In this document: positions 13,554-25,368 of the stretch, in pieces
Layout of the letters: the number at the start of each line of letters is the position of its first letter
How positions within the stretch are numbered: the stretch's first letter is position 1
Assembly: GCF_963853765.1 (NCBI RefSeq)
Contig: NC_088860.1
Span: forward strand, 12,958,001 to 13,022,000
Direction: 5' to 3'
Origin: Magallana gigas
Taxonomy: Eukaryota
Length of the DNA: 64,000 nt
Translations under genes and position numbers: made by a program
Notes under the pieces: model-generated
The model's database searches: none
What the model was told of the DNA's origin: nothing
What the model saw: the letters and a program-made list of their open reading frames with translations, nothing else

Positions 13554-15480
13554 TGTTTTATGACTGAAGACTGTTATTGTCTTTTCATTTTTATCTTTGC
13601 CTCAGTCATTGATTTTTAGAAACGATATGAATCGTATCCACTGAAAAAGGCCATTCAGACCTTTCTGGTATATTGAAAGGGAGAGAATATTCTACGTGCA
13701 TGTATAAAGTATTGAGCAGATTAAAGGCATTGTTCTCCACATCCAGTTGATCGGTATTCTACAATTTAAAAAAAACCATCGTGTATTGAATGACACCAAA
13801 ATTATAATATTATTTTTATATATAGCTGTCCAGTGTTACATGTTCTGGAAGTTGTTATGGAAAGCAATCGTCTATAGCTAACATTCCCAAGGTTGATTGC
13901 TTCGGCGTGACTGTGTGTGTGATTGTGTCCGATTACTGAGTATTACGTAGATGACGGAGAGAAAAGTGGCGTTGTGAGGATCAAGTAATTGTCTTATGTA
14001 ACGTGTATATTTTATTACATTTGTATTTATATTTCTGTTTATTCATGTTTTTTTCTCCTATTTCAGTGGAACAAATTGTAATAAATGTCAAATCCATATT
14101 TTACCCCTAAAGTCTGGGGAGGTGTTTTTTTTTTTTGTGAATGTGCATTTGCGTAACAAACGATTTATTTTGCTATGCTTAGTATATGAAAAAAATAATC
14201 TGTGCCAATCTTGATTGAAGTCATAATACAAACACATTACTTGTTGTAAATTAATGTGTTTGTCAAAATTATACAGGTACATGTACATTGCAATGCTACC
14301 TAACGCCGTATTATATTGTCACGATTAATGATATTCCATTCAAAGAATTTTTCGTTGATTAATGTTATCGTGTGTTATGGTCATTTATTATTGTCTTATC
14401 GGTCTTCACTGTGTTTTTATGTAATCTTTGGTTTTTTTGTTTCATTTGTTAATGTTTGCAAAAAAGTATTTTTAAAATTCTGACTTGGCAAATATAGTTG
14501 ACAATTGTGTGTGATTTTTGTTTAGTAAACGAGATATCAAAAAATTTTTGATCGATATTTGATTATATAGGGTTTTTTTATCAATATTTAAAAAAAAAAC
14601 CAAAATTGCCAAATTTGATAGTGATGATTTGATACAGATATTTGATAATTTTCAAGAAATAGAATTTTTTTTTAAATAATTGATGAATGGCCATCAATTT
14701 ATATGTAGTTGGTTTTTTGGTTTTTTTTTCGTTTTTTTTTTGTGTTTAATGTTCAGTGATAGTAATTATATTTAATGTCAAACCATGTTATGTAAAATTC
14801 AATCTGTTTCTTGTTGTATACCTTAATTTCATCCTTTTACAGAACGGTATTGATGATTGAACGGCAATTAATGTAAAATTTATGCAAATGAGTTTTATGA
14901 ATTTATGCTCGTTGAAAATCACAACTAAAATCTTGATCTAATTAATTACTATCAAATGAAAAAGAAATTAAAACAATGTTTAAGATTTTGATATTCTGGT
15001 TTGTCTTCTTTGAGGGTATCACAAATTGTGATAATTAGATAACAATATACGATAATTGCTTGAAGATTTCATTTGTGATGGTACATGACAATGTGTATGC
15101 CCATGGGTCTTTCTTTCTTGAACATAAAGTGCCTGGTAAAGAAGTTTCTAAGAGCTTTTTTTATCTGCAATAATAACCTAATAAAATGTGGACTCAATTA
15201 CAATTAATTAAAATAATTAATAAAGTAAATAAATAACAAGAGTTTGCAATTAAGCTTAAACTTTTTCATTTTTTTTTTGGATCTTAAAGCCCGAAGTATG
15301 TGCAATAACTACGATGCTTTCGAAGCTTACATGTGACACTATGGTCACCCATTTGATTTAACGACTTTGACAATGTTAGTATGAATGTCCGGAACAGACC
15401 AAAGGAATCGACTTACATATTCCTAGAGGGTTAATGGGCAATATATAATTTTATTACATTTGATAGATCCTACTTATAAA

Positions 15481-16629
15481 GACAAAAGGCCAATAGGCCT
15501 TAACGGTCACCTGAGTAGCATATAACCCATACACAAACTTGTCGAGGAGTTTCATTCTGGAGTGTAAAAATTATAAATTTGTAATGATGACCACCTCCCT
15601 ACCTGAAATCTTTCAAAAACAACTATGAAACCTATAATTTTGGCGAAAAACTGGTCTACAAAATCATGAATTCAGTTTTCCTTTTATGTGTGTGGGAATA
15701 AAGAAGATAATTATTAAACATTATATGCATTAACACCTGTACGTCCATTTTGGCCCTGCCTAAGAGTCAAAACCCATACTCCAGGGGACATGAAATTTAA
15801 AGTTTTAGTAGAGGACTTCCTGGTAAACATAATTATGACCTAGTTTTTCATACATATGTGTGAGAATAGAGAAGATTTTAAAACATTATATGCATTAACA
15901 CTATATTGCCATATTGCCCCCCCCCCCCTCCCATGTCCTGAACCCCTGACCCAGGGGCCATGGATTTCACATTTAAGGTAGAGGAGTAGTGGACATGATA
16001 ACCATGTATTCAGTTTTTTGCCCACATGTATGAGAAAAGAATATATTTTTTAAGATTTAATACATTTTTACTACTTGGCCATATTGGCCCCACCCTAGAG
16101 CCTGAACCCCTGACATATGGGTCATGAATTTCACAAATTTGGTAGAGGGCTCTATGGACATCTTAATTATGCATTTAGTTTTTAACAAATATATATGGGA
16201 GTAGAGAAGAAGATTTTCTTAGATTTAATACATTTTTACTATATGGTCATATTGGTCCCACTCTATAGCCAGAACCCCTGACCCAGAGGCCATGAATTTC
16301 ACAATTTTGGTAGAGGGCTTCATGGACATTATAACCATACAACAGTTTTTTCCTCACATGTGTGGGAGAGGAGAAGAAGATTTTTCAAAATTTGGCTTTT
16401 TTTTCATATTTGGCCCCACTTGTAATGCCCTGGGGACGGTAGAGCCACGAATTTCACAATTTAGATTCTTCTTACCGTAGAGATGCTACACACCAAAAAT
16501 GGTAACAATTAGCTTTGTAGTTTTTAAGAAGAAGTTGAAAATGTAAAATTGTTAACACAAGACGTACGACGATGTACGAAAACGGATAGCAATTATAGGT
16601 AATTTGAGTTTACTCAGGTGACCTATAAA
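15481..16629 (-). mobile_element. Second HINE-like element with ~165-bp satellite array, inverted relative to the first
   Basis: Reverse complement starts TTTATAGGTCACCTGAGTAAACTC and ends CTCAGGTGACCGTTAAGGCCTATTGGCCTTTTGTC. About 5 units (anchors ~15735, 15900, 16067, 16237, 16405) match the 3911-5327 units in reverse. Confidence 0.78.
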
Positions 16630-16835
16630 CTTGACATTTTGGAAACATACCTTCCTTTGCAAAGATATGCGTCAGTCAGATAGGTAAAGTGTGTTTTGGG
16701 CAGCTGTCGATAATATTAAAGAACTGGATTATCAGGCGATTAACACTTGTATCTGGGGGAAACTGTTTCTAGCACAAAAAAATGTAGTTCCAACGAAAAC
16801 AAACTGCTTCTGAAGGTGAGTGTTGGTCTATACTT

Positions 16836-17202
16836 AGGGTGCTTTCCATTTAACCGGCATCGCCGGATTTGCCGGTGTTGCCTTCGTCGCCGATTGCTGG
16901 AACGCGCGTCGCCGGCGAGCGATTGTGGCAACGCAATATACCGTTGCCGATTAGGAAACAATATGGCGTCGAGGTTATTATATTTTACAAAACCAGTATT
17001 TCTAAAACTACAATTTGTCTTACTACATTGAAATACATTAAAACTGCAAATAGGCAAAATTTCTGGATCAAATTTTAAGATAGGTATCAGTTTTAAGCTG
17101 CAATCGTCATCGTTGGATCATTGTGACGTTGCCAACCGTTCCATTAACGTCACCGTTTCCCGATAACGTCGCCGGCGAGGCAACGTAAATGGAAAGCGCC
17201 CT
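16836..17202. mobile_element. MITE, PIF/Harbinger-like termini
   Basis: 17-bp TIR AGGGTGCTTTCCATTTA ... TAAATGGAAAGCGCCCT (1 mismatch), with GC-rich CCGG/GGCAAC sub-terminal motifs. No clean 3-bp TSD (TTA vs TGT), so the superfamily is tentative. Confidence 0.65.
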
Positions 17203-18564
17203 GTGTAGAACGATGAAAAAGGTTATTGTTTGATAAAGTATTACATATAGTTAGATTTTTAAAAATTACTTTAAAAGTGTGGCTTTCTAACACAAATGCA
17301 TTTGTACTGGATACAGGATTATGAGGCATGCCAAAAATGGTAATTCAAAACAATCTGTAATTCTCGAGTTTAAAGACAAGTAATTAAATAAAACTCTACG
17401 TATCATCATACGTCGTATGTACAGATTGTTAACAAACGTGGGTTAGGTCTTTATATCTGTGAATAGAATGTATAAAACTATGTGGACTTGGGGCAAAGAA
17501 ATGCCAACCACACAAATGCAATTTGTGTGGGTTTACATACAATCATGTACTTGTTTTGCATAATGCGTACATTTTCCTGTACATTCAGACGTCCGGTAAG
17601 AAATGATGAAAATTGAGGACTCGGGGCTAGTATCTGTCAACGACAGTCAGTGTAAGCTACAAAATCTGAAGGGAAAAAAGGTTTTTTTCCTCAACGATGG
17701 TACTAGAAACACGCAGGTCGATGTAGACGTAGATGCTTCATGATGGCGTTGATGTAGGCAGGAAAGAGGCTTTAATTTTATAGAGCAGCCCTTTTAAATA
17801 ACAAGAAATACGTACACATCGATAGTGTATATACTCTTATAACCATCCTCTCCATTCAAATCTAAAAACGAGCAGTTTGCAAGAAAAAACGTACTGTATT
17901 GAACAATTAATAAGCATGAATGTAATTTATATGTATTGTAAGATTCTTATACTTAAAAAAATCACAATGGAAAGAGGAAAAGATGATTTTTTTAAAAACT
18001 TCATGGTGGAAAGAGAAAAAAGATTGTTTGAAATTCTTTGGAACTATGATGCATTTTTCTTAGTGTGAGAGTAGAAATGATAATATGAGTCCTTTCACTC
18101 CTTTGAAATTTAAAACGGAACAGACATTTGTGAAATATGGTTTTATTTAGTTTTTTTTCTAACAATAACACATAATATATTTTTGTTCTTCACTTTGTCT
18201 ATCATATACATACATTTATAAAATTTATAACAAGGGAATCAAACAGCTGAAAGATAAATAATATAATTTAAAAATAAATATAAAATAAAACAACAAACAC
18301 TAAAAAAAAGACATAACTATCATATACTTTACGTAACGGGTGGTTTATTTTACAACGGTTTTGGTTGATTAAGATAGCAACATTCTTAAAAAAAGAATGT
18401 TTTCGATCGTATTTTATTATCAAATATATGAAGTTTCAATAATAATCAATCCCTGAACACATTGATATACATCAACCATGAAGAAATTTGATACAATAAT
18501 CAGTTCATTAAAACAAGCATCTCAAAAATCCAACACTATGAACGCACTTGATGAATCAAAGGTG

Positions 18565-19842
18565 TCATAAATAGGTTTCGTTGTATTTCAGCTTCGACTT
18601 AAACGATATCTTATAAGAGAAGTCCTTTGTCAACAGCCGATCCGTCCGGTGCCCATCTGTTGAAGAAGACGAGTTCACGGTACAATACCGAACATTTTGT
18701 CTTGACGTCACATTTTGTAAATAAACGTCAAAGTACTCTTGTTCGAATTGGTTTCTGGTAACTGGCTTACCGCAGCATGTGGGTTTGAGCTGGGATCGAA
18801 AAGTTGGGTTCATCCAACAGTACAGGATCGAGTTGATACACGTGCTACTCACGGCGACCCAGTGACAGATAAAGAAAACGGTGCTGTTGTAGTGAAACAC
18901 CGTGGTATCGGGATGGAAATCCGTCAAAATGTGGTACAAATTCAGTGGCATCCAACAAATTGCAAATACAACGACCACAGCTATCAGCAGCTTAATGCTC
19001 CGTCTCTTGGCGTTAATTTGAATGGTTCTCTGAACTTCCGTGACGACGCCCAGGTGTGTTCGAAGCCAGAGTTTGTGCACCACGCGACAATACGCTAGAC
19101 CAATGATAAGGAGAGGAAGTACGTATTGTAGTGTTATGGTGAACACAGTGACGTATTGTTCCCAGAATACACTGGGGTCTGGGTAATTGGATATGCATCG
19201 TTGTATTTGCGCAACAAAAATGTCGACGTGTCTTACTTCAGTAAAAACTCCATAAGGAATGGCGAGCGTAAACGAAAGAGTCCAAATGAAAAACATCACA
19301 ATTAGGCATTTCTTTTTTGTGATTCTTGGATGGAGAGGGTAAAGAAGAACGCGATGCCTGTCTAAAGCAATGGCGGTCAAAGTAAAGGAATACACGTATA
19401 CGGACGCCATTAGAGAATAGTTGAGCAAATTACATAGAGAATCCCCTAAAGTCCACTCATGCATGATATGTCTTGCAAGATTCAAGGGCACATTTAAAAG
19501 AACTAAAATTAGATCCGACACAGCCATATTCAACATGAACATATTGGTGACAGTGTGCATCTTCTTGTTTCGTATTATTACACAGCAAACGAAAATGTTC
19601 GACATGAAAGACGCCACGACAAGAATCCCAAAGGATACCAGCAAGAAAATGTGGGAGGAAGAATCCACCTGGTTTGGGAAAAGTCCGTTGTGGTTTTTCC
19701 GGGAGGAGTCGTTGAAGAGAAGGATAAGGGTGGCGTTATCCGCCTCGCTCAGGAACTTGTCCAATTTGTCCATTACCGGAAGTGTCATTTTGAGCAGCTC
19801 ATCCTCATAGTCCGTCAGCGTATATATCTGTGAATTAGTCAT
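18565..19842 (-). CDS. GPR83: Class A peptide GPCR, GPR83/NPY-receptor-like, intronless CDS, 425 aa
   Basis: Seven hydrophobic segments. Motifs include LNMAVSD (TM2), DRH (GPR83-type DRY variant) followed by LYPLHPRIT, YVLP, KLWLR...G.VT, CWMPLN and HWVAVSSTCINSILYCWMN. These closely resemble recalled GPR83 sequence; orthology was not tested. Confidence 0.85.
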   Translation of the reverse strand: MTNSQIYTLTDYEDELLKMTLPVMDKLDKFLSEADNATLILLFNDSSRKNHNGLFPNQVDSSSHIFLLVSFGILVVASFMSNIFVCCVIIRNKKMHTVTNMFMLNMAVSDLILVLLNVPLNLARHIMHEWTLGDSLCNLLNYSLMASVYVYSFTLTAIALDRHRVLLYPLHPRITKKKCLIVMFFIWTLSFTLAIPYGVFTEVRHVDIFVAQIQRCISNYPDPSVFWEQYVTVFTITLQYVLPLLIIGLAYCRVVHKLWLRTHLGVVTEVQRTIQINAKRRSIKLLIAVVVVFAICWMPLNLYHILTDFHPDTTVFHYNSTVFFICHWVAVSSTCINSILYCWMNPTFRSQLKPTCCGKPVTRNQFEQEYFDVYLQNVTSRQNVRYCTVNSSSSTDGHRTDRLLTKDFSYKISFKSKLKYNETYL

Positions 19843-22800
19843 AAGTGACTGTTGCTGAGCTGGATTTCCGTCGTACCTTTTAGAACGGAATTACCAATGA
19901 GTTTGATTAGAATTGCAAAGTAATCTCATTTCCATTTTTCTTTACTTTTAAATGCATTATACATATGCTTCCGTTTCAGCAGATATAAATGGGATGTCAC
20001 AGAATGATATTGTTTACCTTAAAGCCATCGTGAGTTACATCCGGGGTATTTTGACGACCTTCGTTTGAAAAGTATTCCAAAAATCATCCCTGTAACACAT
20101 GGGCAAAGGTTTACATCACAAAATCGGAAGCATCTATATATCCTCCAATTGGAGAGTCGATCTCCGATCGATATCTGATGATATGACCAAACCGTTAACA
20201 AGTTAATAGTCCCAATCACTTTGATCACGTGTTCTTTATATAACCTTAAAAAAGAGATTATCGAGAATCAGCAACGTTGTCATAAAAAACACAAACGATT
20301 CATAAAAAAAACTAACAATCAACTTGATCAATATTGATGTTGCAAAAGCATTACGATTTATATTTTAAACGTTTATCACACAGTGAGCAGGCTTTTTTAT
20401 CGCTATAACGACATAGAAAAAAACTATTAAAAAAAATCAAGAAAAAGTAAAAGACGTTATAATTCATCAATCAAATCGGGCAAAAAAGATTTTCACGTAA
20501 ACTTCCGAAAGGTGAAATATGTTCTTTATGAATAATTCTATACAAAGATCGATACGTTTGAGTTTTGTTAGAGGTAAAATAAGAGAATTATGCTAATTTT
20601 TGACTCTGTTAATAAGAAAAGTGACTCAAGGCTAACTTTATGTTTTTAATTAAGCTATTTGATATTCTTATGTTATATTCTTATAATGGGAAAAGCTGAA
20701 ATCAAATATTGCAAGAGTCTTATTTACATGCATTCATCAAATATGACTAAATAAAATTTTCCCGTCATTGATTTTGAAAATGTGCATTATGTGCATTTAT
20801 CTAAAATAAATACAAGTAAATGCACAAGAAATCTAATAAATCAAAACCATCTCAAGAAAAATAATATAAAGAACGATAATTTTATCTACTCACAAATTAT
20901 TTTATACCATTGTACGTCTTATCGGAAACTTAAGATTCCAAATGAAACATTGCAAATTGTAGAGATTTCAGTATCACAAAAGATCTAGAAAAGTACAAAA
21001 AAAATCCAGTATCACATTACTTCAAGTTATTTCGGTAAAACTCGATATACTCATCACCATTAAATTATGTGTAAACGACGTGCCTGAAACAGGAGCGCAA
21101 ACAATCTACATCATCCAATGCAAAGTGTATAGCACTGAATATTGTAGCCAAGTAAAAGATCAATTGCGGTCACTTCTGCCTAGCTCAATGAAAATGTGTA
21201 GAATAATTCACGAGAATATTTAGCGAAACGCAAAAAGATATTTGTGTAACCAAGCGTGAAACCGGCGCGATAATCCATGTAACACCTAGGGTCCCTGCTC
21301 TTAGGTGGAAGTTCACACCTCGTGAACATTATTGAGAAAGAAATGGTTTGTAACAAATGCTTTATACAATGAAGATGGAACCTGTCAATTTAAAGTGATG
21401 CAGGCAAACAAACGATAAAAATTCAAATAAAAGAAACCGGACCGAAAGATGTGTTTCCTATCATTATATCCCGACTGAAGCTAAGAGCCATTTCAAAATT
21501 CACAGCAGGTACATTCAAATAAATCATCCATAGACATCGTAGTTAAAAAGAGGTATGTTCATTTTTCATCAAAGTCTGAGTTTCATCGAAGGGAAACTCC
21601 ACGTCTTTTATTTAATTGCTGACCTATTGCTAACAATTTATTTAATAATACTTTTGTTTTTTCTCACGACAGCAGAATTGGGACGTTAAATTTGATTTAT
21701 AAATGCGTGTATCAGGCAAATATTATCATCCCAACGTCAAAGGTTCTGTGTCAACTCGCAATCACAGCAATAAATGGACTCGGCACCCGTAACGTTGTGA
21801 ACATTATATTTGTTGGAATATTGCTATAATCATCGAATTCCTCTGTGTCAAATCAATATAAATCAAAATATGTTTGATATAAGTTTGAATTTTTCAAGCT
21901 TACCTGAAGATGGGCACCCAGTTGAAGTATCTGAATATCTCGCGTTTTGTAGGGTTTTTTTACGATTACAAATGAGCGACTTTTATAGAAGAGATAAACA
22001 TGTAGTAGATATACAACGGAGGAGGGCGACATCGGTTTTTTCCTTAACAAAAAAGATATATTGTTCTTGACATTCCATTTTAATAAAATGGATTGATACC
22101 TTTCATGATGCTATTTCAATTTCGATCTGCAGCGAAAGAAAAGCAAATTTAATTAGATCACGTCTGAATATCAATGCTTTCCATTTGTTTAGGGCTTAGT
22201 GTGTTTTTGTGTTAAAATTAATTTCACCACAGCTTATACAGTCTTGATATAGATCATGTTTTTGCATCACGTGTTGAAATTATTTTGTGACCGTAACACC
22301 AGGATTGTTCTAAATTCCACATCCCACGTGTAACTGGTGAGGCGGTCTTTGAACTAACGTCACGTGACTGTCAAACCTCCACACGGCAATTTTAATATCA
22401 AGATTTAGCCAATAAAAATGTCTTGATGACTTGCAGATCAAAACAAAATGACATAAATTGTTATGGTTTCATCGAACAATGGTCTTTGTGGATATTTACA
22501 ATGTTCCAAAAATGCGACTCTCAATTGACTTTCTATTTGAAGGGTTTTCATACATTTTTGCTCTTTTACTACTAAATGATATATTTTCCCACTCAATGCA
22601 AGTGATATATGATTCTAAAGATAGTAAGAGATGATAAAAAAAATATTTCCCATGCGTAATATTCTAAGGGAACAATTCTATTAGAATGTTGATATTTAGT
22701 TATTTTCTACTACATATAAATATGTATGTCGTAATTTCTTTAAGAATTCAAATTCCTGATTCTTGAAAGTGTGTTTTAAAAAAGTACGACTTATTAAGAA

Positions 22801-24861
22801 TCGTATTTAAAATATAAAATATTTACCCTACCTAGAATATTTTTTAAAGATTAAACTCACATAAATAGTTAGATATATGGTAAAAAAAAAATAACCTGTA
22901 ACTCATGCGCATTCATATGCGATTGCAAATAAGCTATGTTTAATAATAACATGTCAAATGTTTAATAATAATAAATGCCTATGTTATCGACACTCTTACA
23001 GTATAATAAACGGCATAACATATGTAGCCTAATTGCATTTCGAAGTGTGTTCGTAAAATGTGCATGCAGATATAGTTGGATAGTGCAAATGTACCTGAAG
23101 TTGTTAAAGTCTCTTTCATACATGTACAACATAAAATCAATATATTTGAGAAATTCAAGAACCTTAAAGATACATGTACAAATTATTTCCTCTTGCCTTC
23201 ATTTCGTTTTGTAGCATATGAAGTTACACATTCCGCTCTAATCAGATACGAATGTTTCCTTTTTCTCAATACTTTTATCAAATTGGATGATATATGTCTT
23301 CAACTGTTCATTATGAAATATTTGAATCCATTTATATCAAACCAACGCCCTGGTGTAATAAATAACGCGCCAGGCAGTCCAATAAATAGAAGGGAAAGCG
23401 TTTGTTCGGGTTTTTTATGCAAGGCAGAAAATTTACGACGATATGCTTATTCTAGTGTTTGAAGAATCCTAATTTCTTTCAGGAAATATAAAAAATGTCT
23501 CTGTAAATAGAAAGGTGAGTCTTTGAGAGGTATAGAAAGGAGGAGCAGATACAGTATGCTTAGATTTGCTAACGTCTTACAACTGCAAAAGCATACCACG
23601 TGAAATACTAGTACTTCAGTGACGTTTTATTAACGTTATCATTTACCATCGAACTGCGTTGAAAAATTTTAATCTGAAGCTTTTTATAAAGAAACTTTTA
23701 TTCAACAAATACAATTTACCTCTGTTATTATTTTTTAAAGACTGTCAGAAAATGAAAAATGGCCTTTAACTTAGGGGTGACCAGTCTATTAGTAAATGAT
23801 TGTTTTGTATTAGATATTAATATTAAACCTGAAATATTTTGTTGTTGAGAAGCAGAATTGATCGCGAAATAGGAAATTGCTAATGTTTTTAAAACTATAT
23901 CTACTGCAACATCGTCATACATTCCTTATTAGAATTACCCAAATAAAAATTAAGAAAAAATAAACTAAAAGTTTAAGCAGAAATTAACATTATTCAGTTA
24001 TCATGGTATCATTGATTTTTAAAAATCATAATAGCAAAGCTAATAAGCAGACAGAACAACTGCAGTTAATGCCGTAACTTTTTCAACGCTTTACCGTTAA
24101 TAATCTTTTGAATATCAACTAAATGGTTAAGTATTAGACTATATAATGGGTAAACTAGGCCATCAAAAAATAATTTGAAGTTCGATATTTGAGAAGTTTT
24201 GTAATTAAATTAAAATAATAGTTATTCATTTAAGAAATTGAGCAACACCGCTGTGCATCTTAGACCTCTAGGATTGAACATGCACAAAAGACCTTGAACT
24301 GACCTTGGTACACTTACAGATCGATTACACGTGCATGTTTTCACAAGTTATCGGTATTTCACAAACAATGCGTCTAGTCTTGTGTGATGTGATTATAAAG
24401 ATGTTTGGAGTCGACTGTTTCGTATATACATAAAATGCAAAAAACAATAAGATCAGATAATCATCGAACATTAGATCGGTTGTTTTGAATTAAATATCAA
24501 AGGAATAAGTATACCCTATATGCAATATCGGTCGAAAAACGTCCTTTAAAAAATGTCGTTTAAATCAAGAAGCTGACATCTGCAATAAAAGATGAATAAA
24601 TATCACAAGAAAGCAACTTTATCATGAATCTTTTAACTTTATCCCTGTCCTTTATTCAAACTAATTTCCCTCAAAAAGATGAATTTACAGCAATATGAAA
24701 GCATTGTATTTATATATTCATATTATAGAATATGGTTTCATCAACAACCAAAAAAAAATGTACTTTGATGTAATATCTTTTTAAAAATATACCCATTTTG
24801 AAGTTATTCATAAATTCATTTATAAAAGATTGTTTACGTAAATAACATTGTGAAACATAAG

Positions 24862-25368
24862 TATGCCAGTGGCACGGTGGCATTTTTGCATCCGTCTAAG
24901 CTGCATATATCGAAAAATTCAAATATATGCCATATGGTGGACCATTGCTTAAGTTAACAACCATCTTGGTTATCATTGTATCTCACCTGTCAGGTGAGAT
25001 AATTACCTTTCAAAATAATATGTTTTTCGGAATATAAGAACTTCCTTCAGGAATTTCAATTTCGATAAGATTTGATAAAATCCTGAAAAAATCTTAATTT
25101 TCTATTGGAAAACTACCTGTTGAATCAAATTCCTACAGGAAATACCTTTCTCCTATAACAAATATAATTTCTGTAGGATTTTTAGAAATTTCAATATTTT
25201 CTTTAGGATAATCATTTTCCTATGTAAATTATCGTTTTCCTATGAGATTTAAATTTTCAAAGGTAAATATCTCACCTGTCAGGTGAAATACACTAAAACC
25301 AAATAGTTATATACATGTACTCTCTAGCATCTTAAGCGGGTGAAAATTGCTAACTTGGCACTGGCATA
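24862..25368. mobile_element. Unclassified TIR element (MITE) with a second, inner inverted repeat
   Basis: Outer ~42-bp imperfect TIR TATGCCAGTG(G/C)CA...TGC. Inner ~55-bp IR (24958-25016 vs 25254-25308) each holds the palindrome TCACCTGTCAGGTGA. The core is AT-rich with TTCCTA repeats. The same outer TIR recurs at 63461. Confidence 0.65.

Noticed and set aside
16740-17078. Three overlapping 69-105 aa ORFs
   Set aside because: They lie across the GC-rich Harbinger-like MITE and are not transposase-like.
18739-19833. Several ORFs overlapping the GPCR (antisense and alternate frame)
   Set aside because: They are shadow ORFs of a long GC-richer coding region and show no recognisable motifs.
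21903-21935. CTGAAGA-TGGG-CA-CCCA motif resembling a hammerhead 5' half
   Set aside because: There is no GAAA after the stem and no stem I partner.
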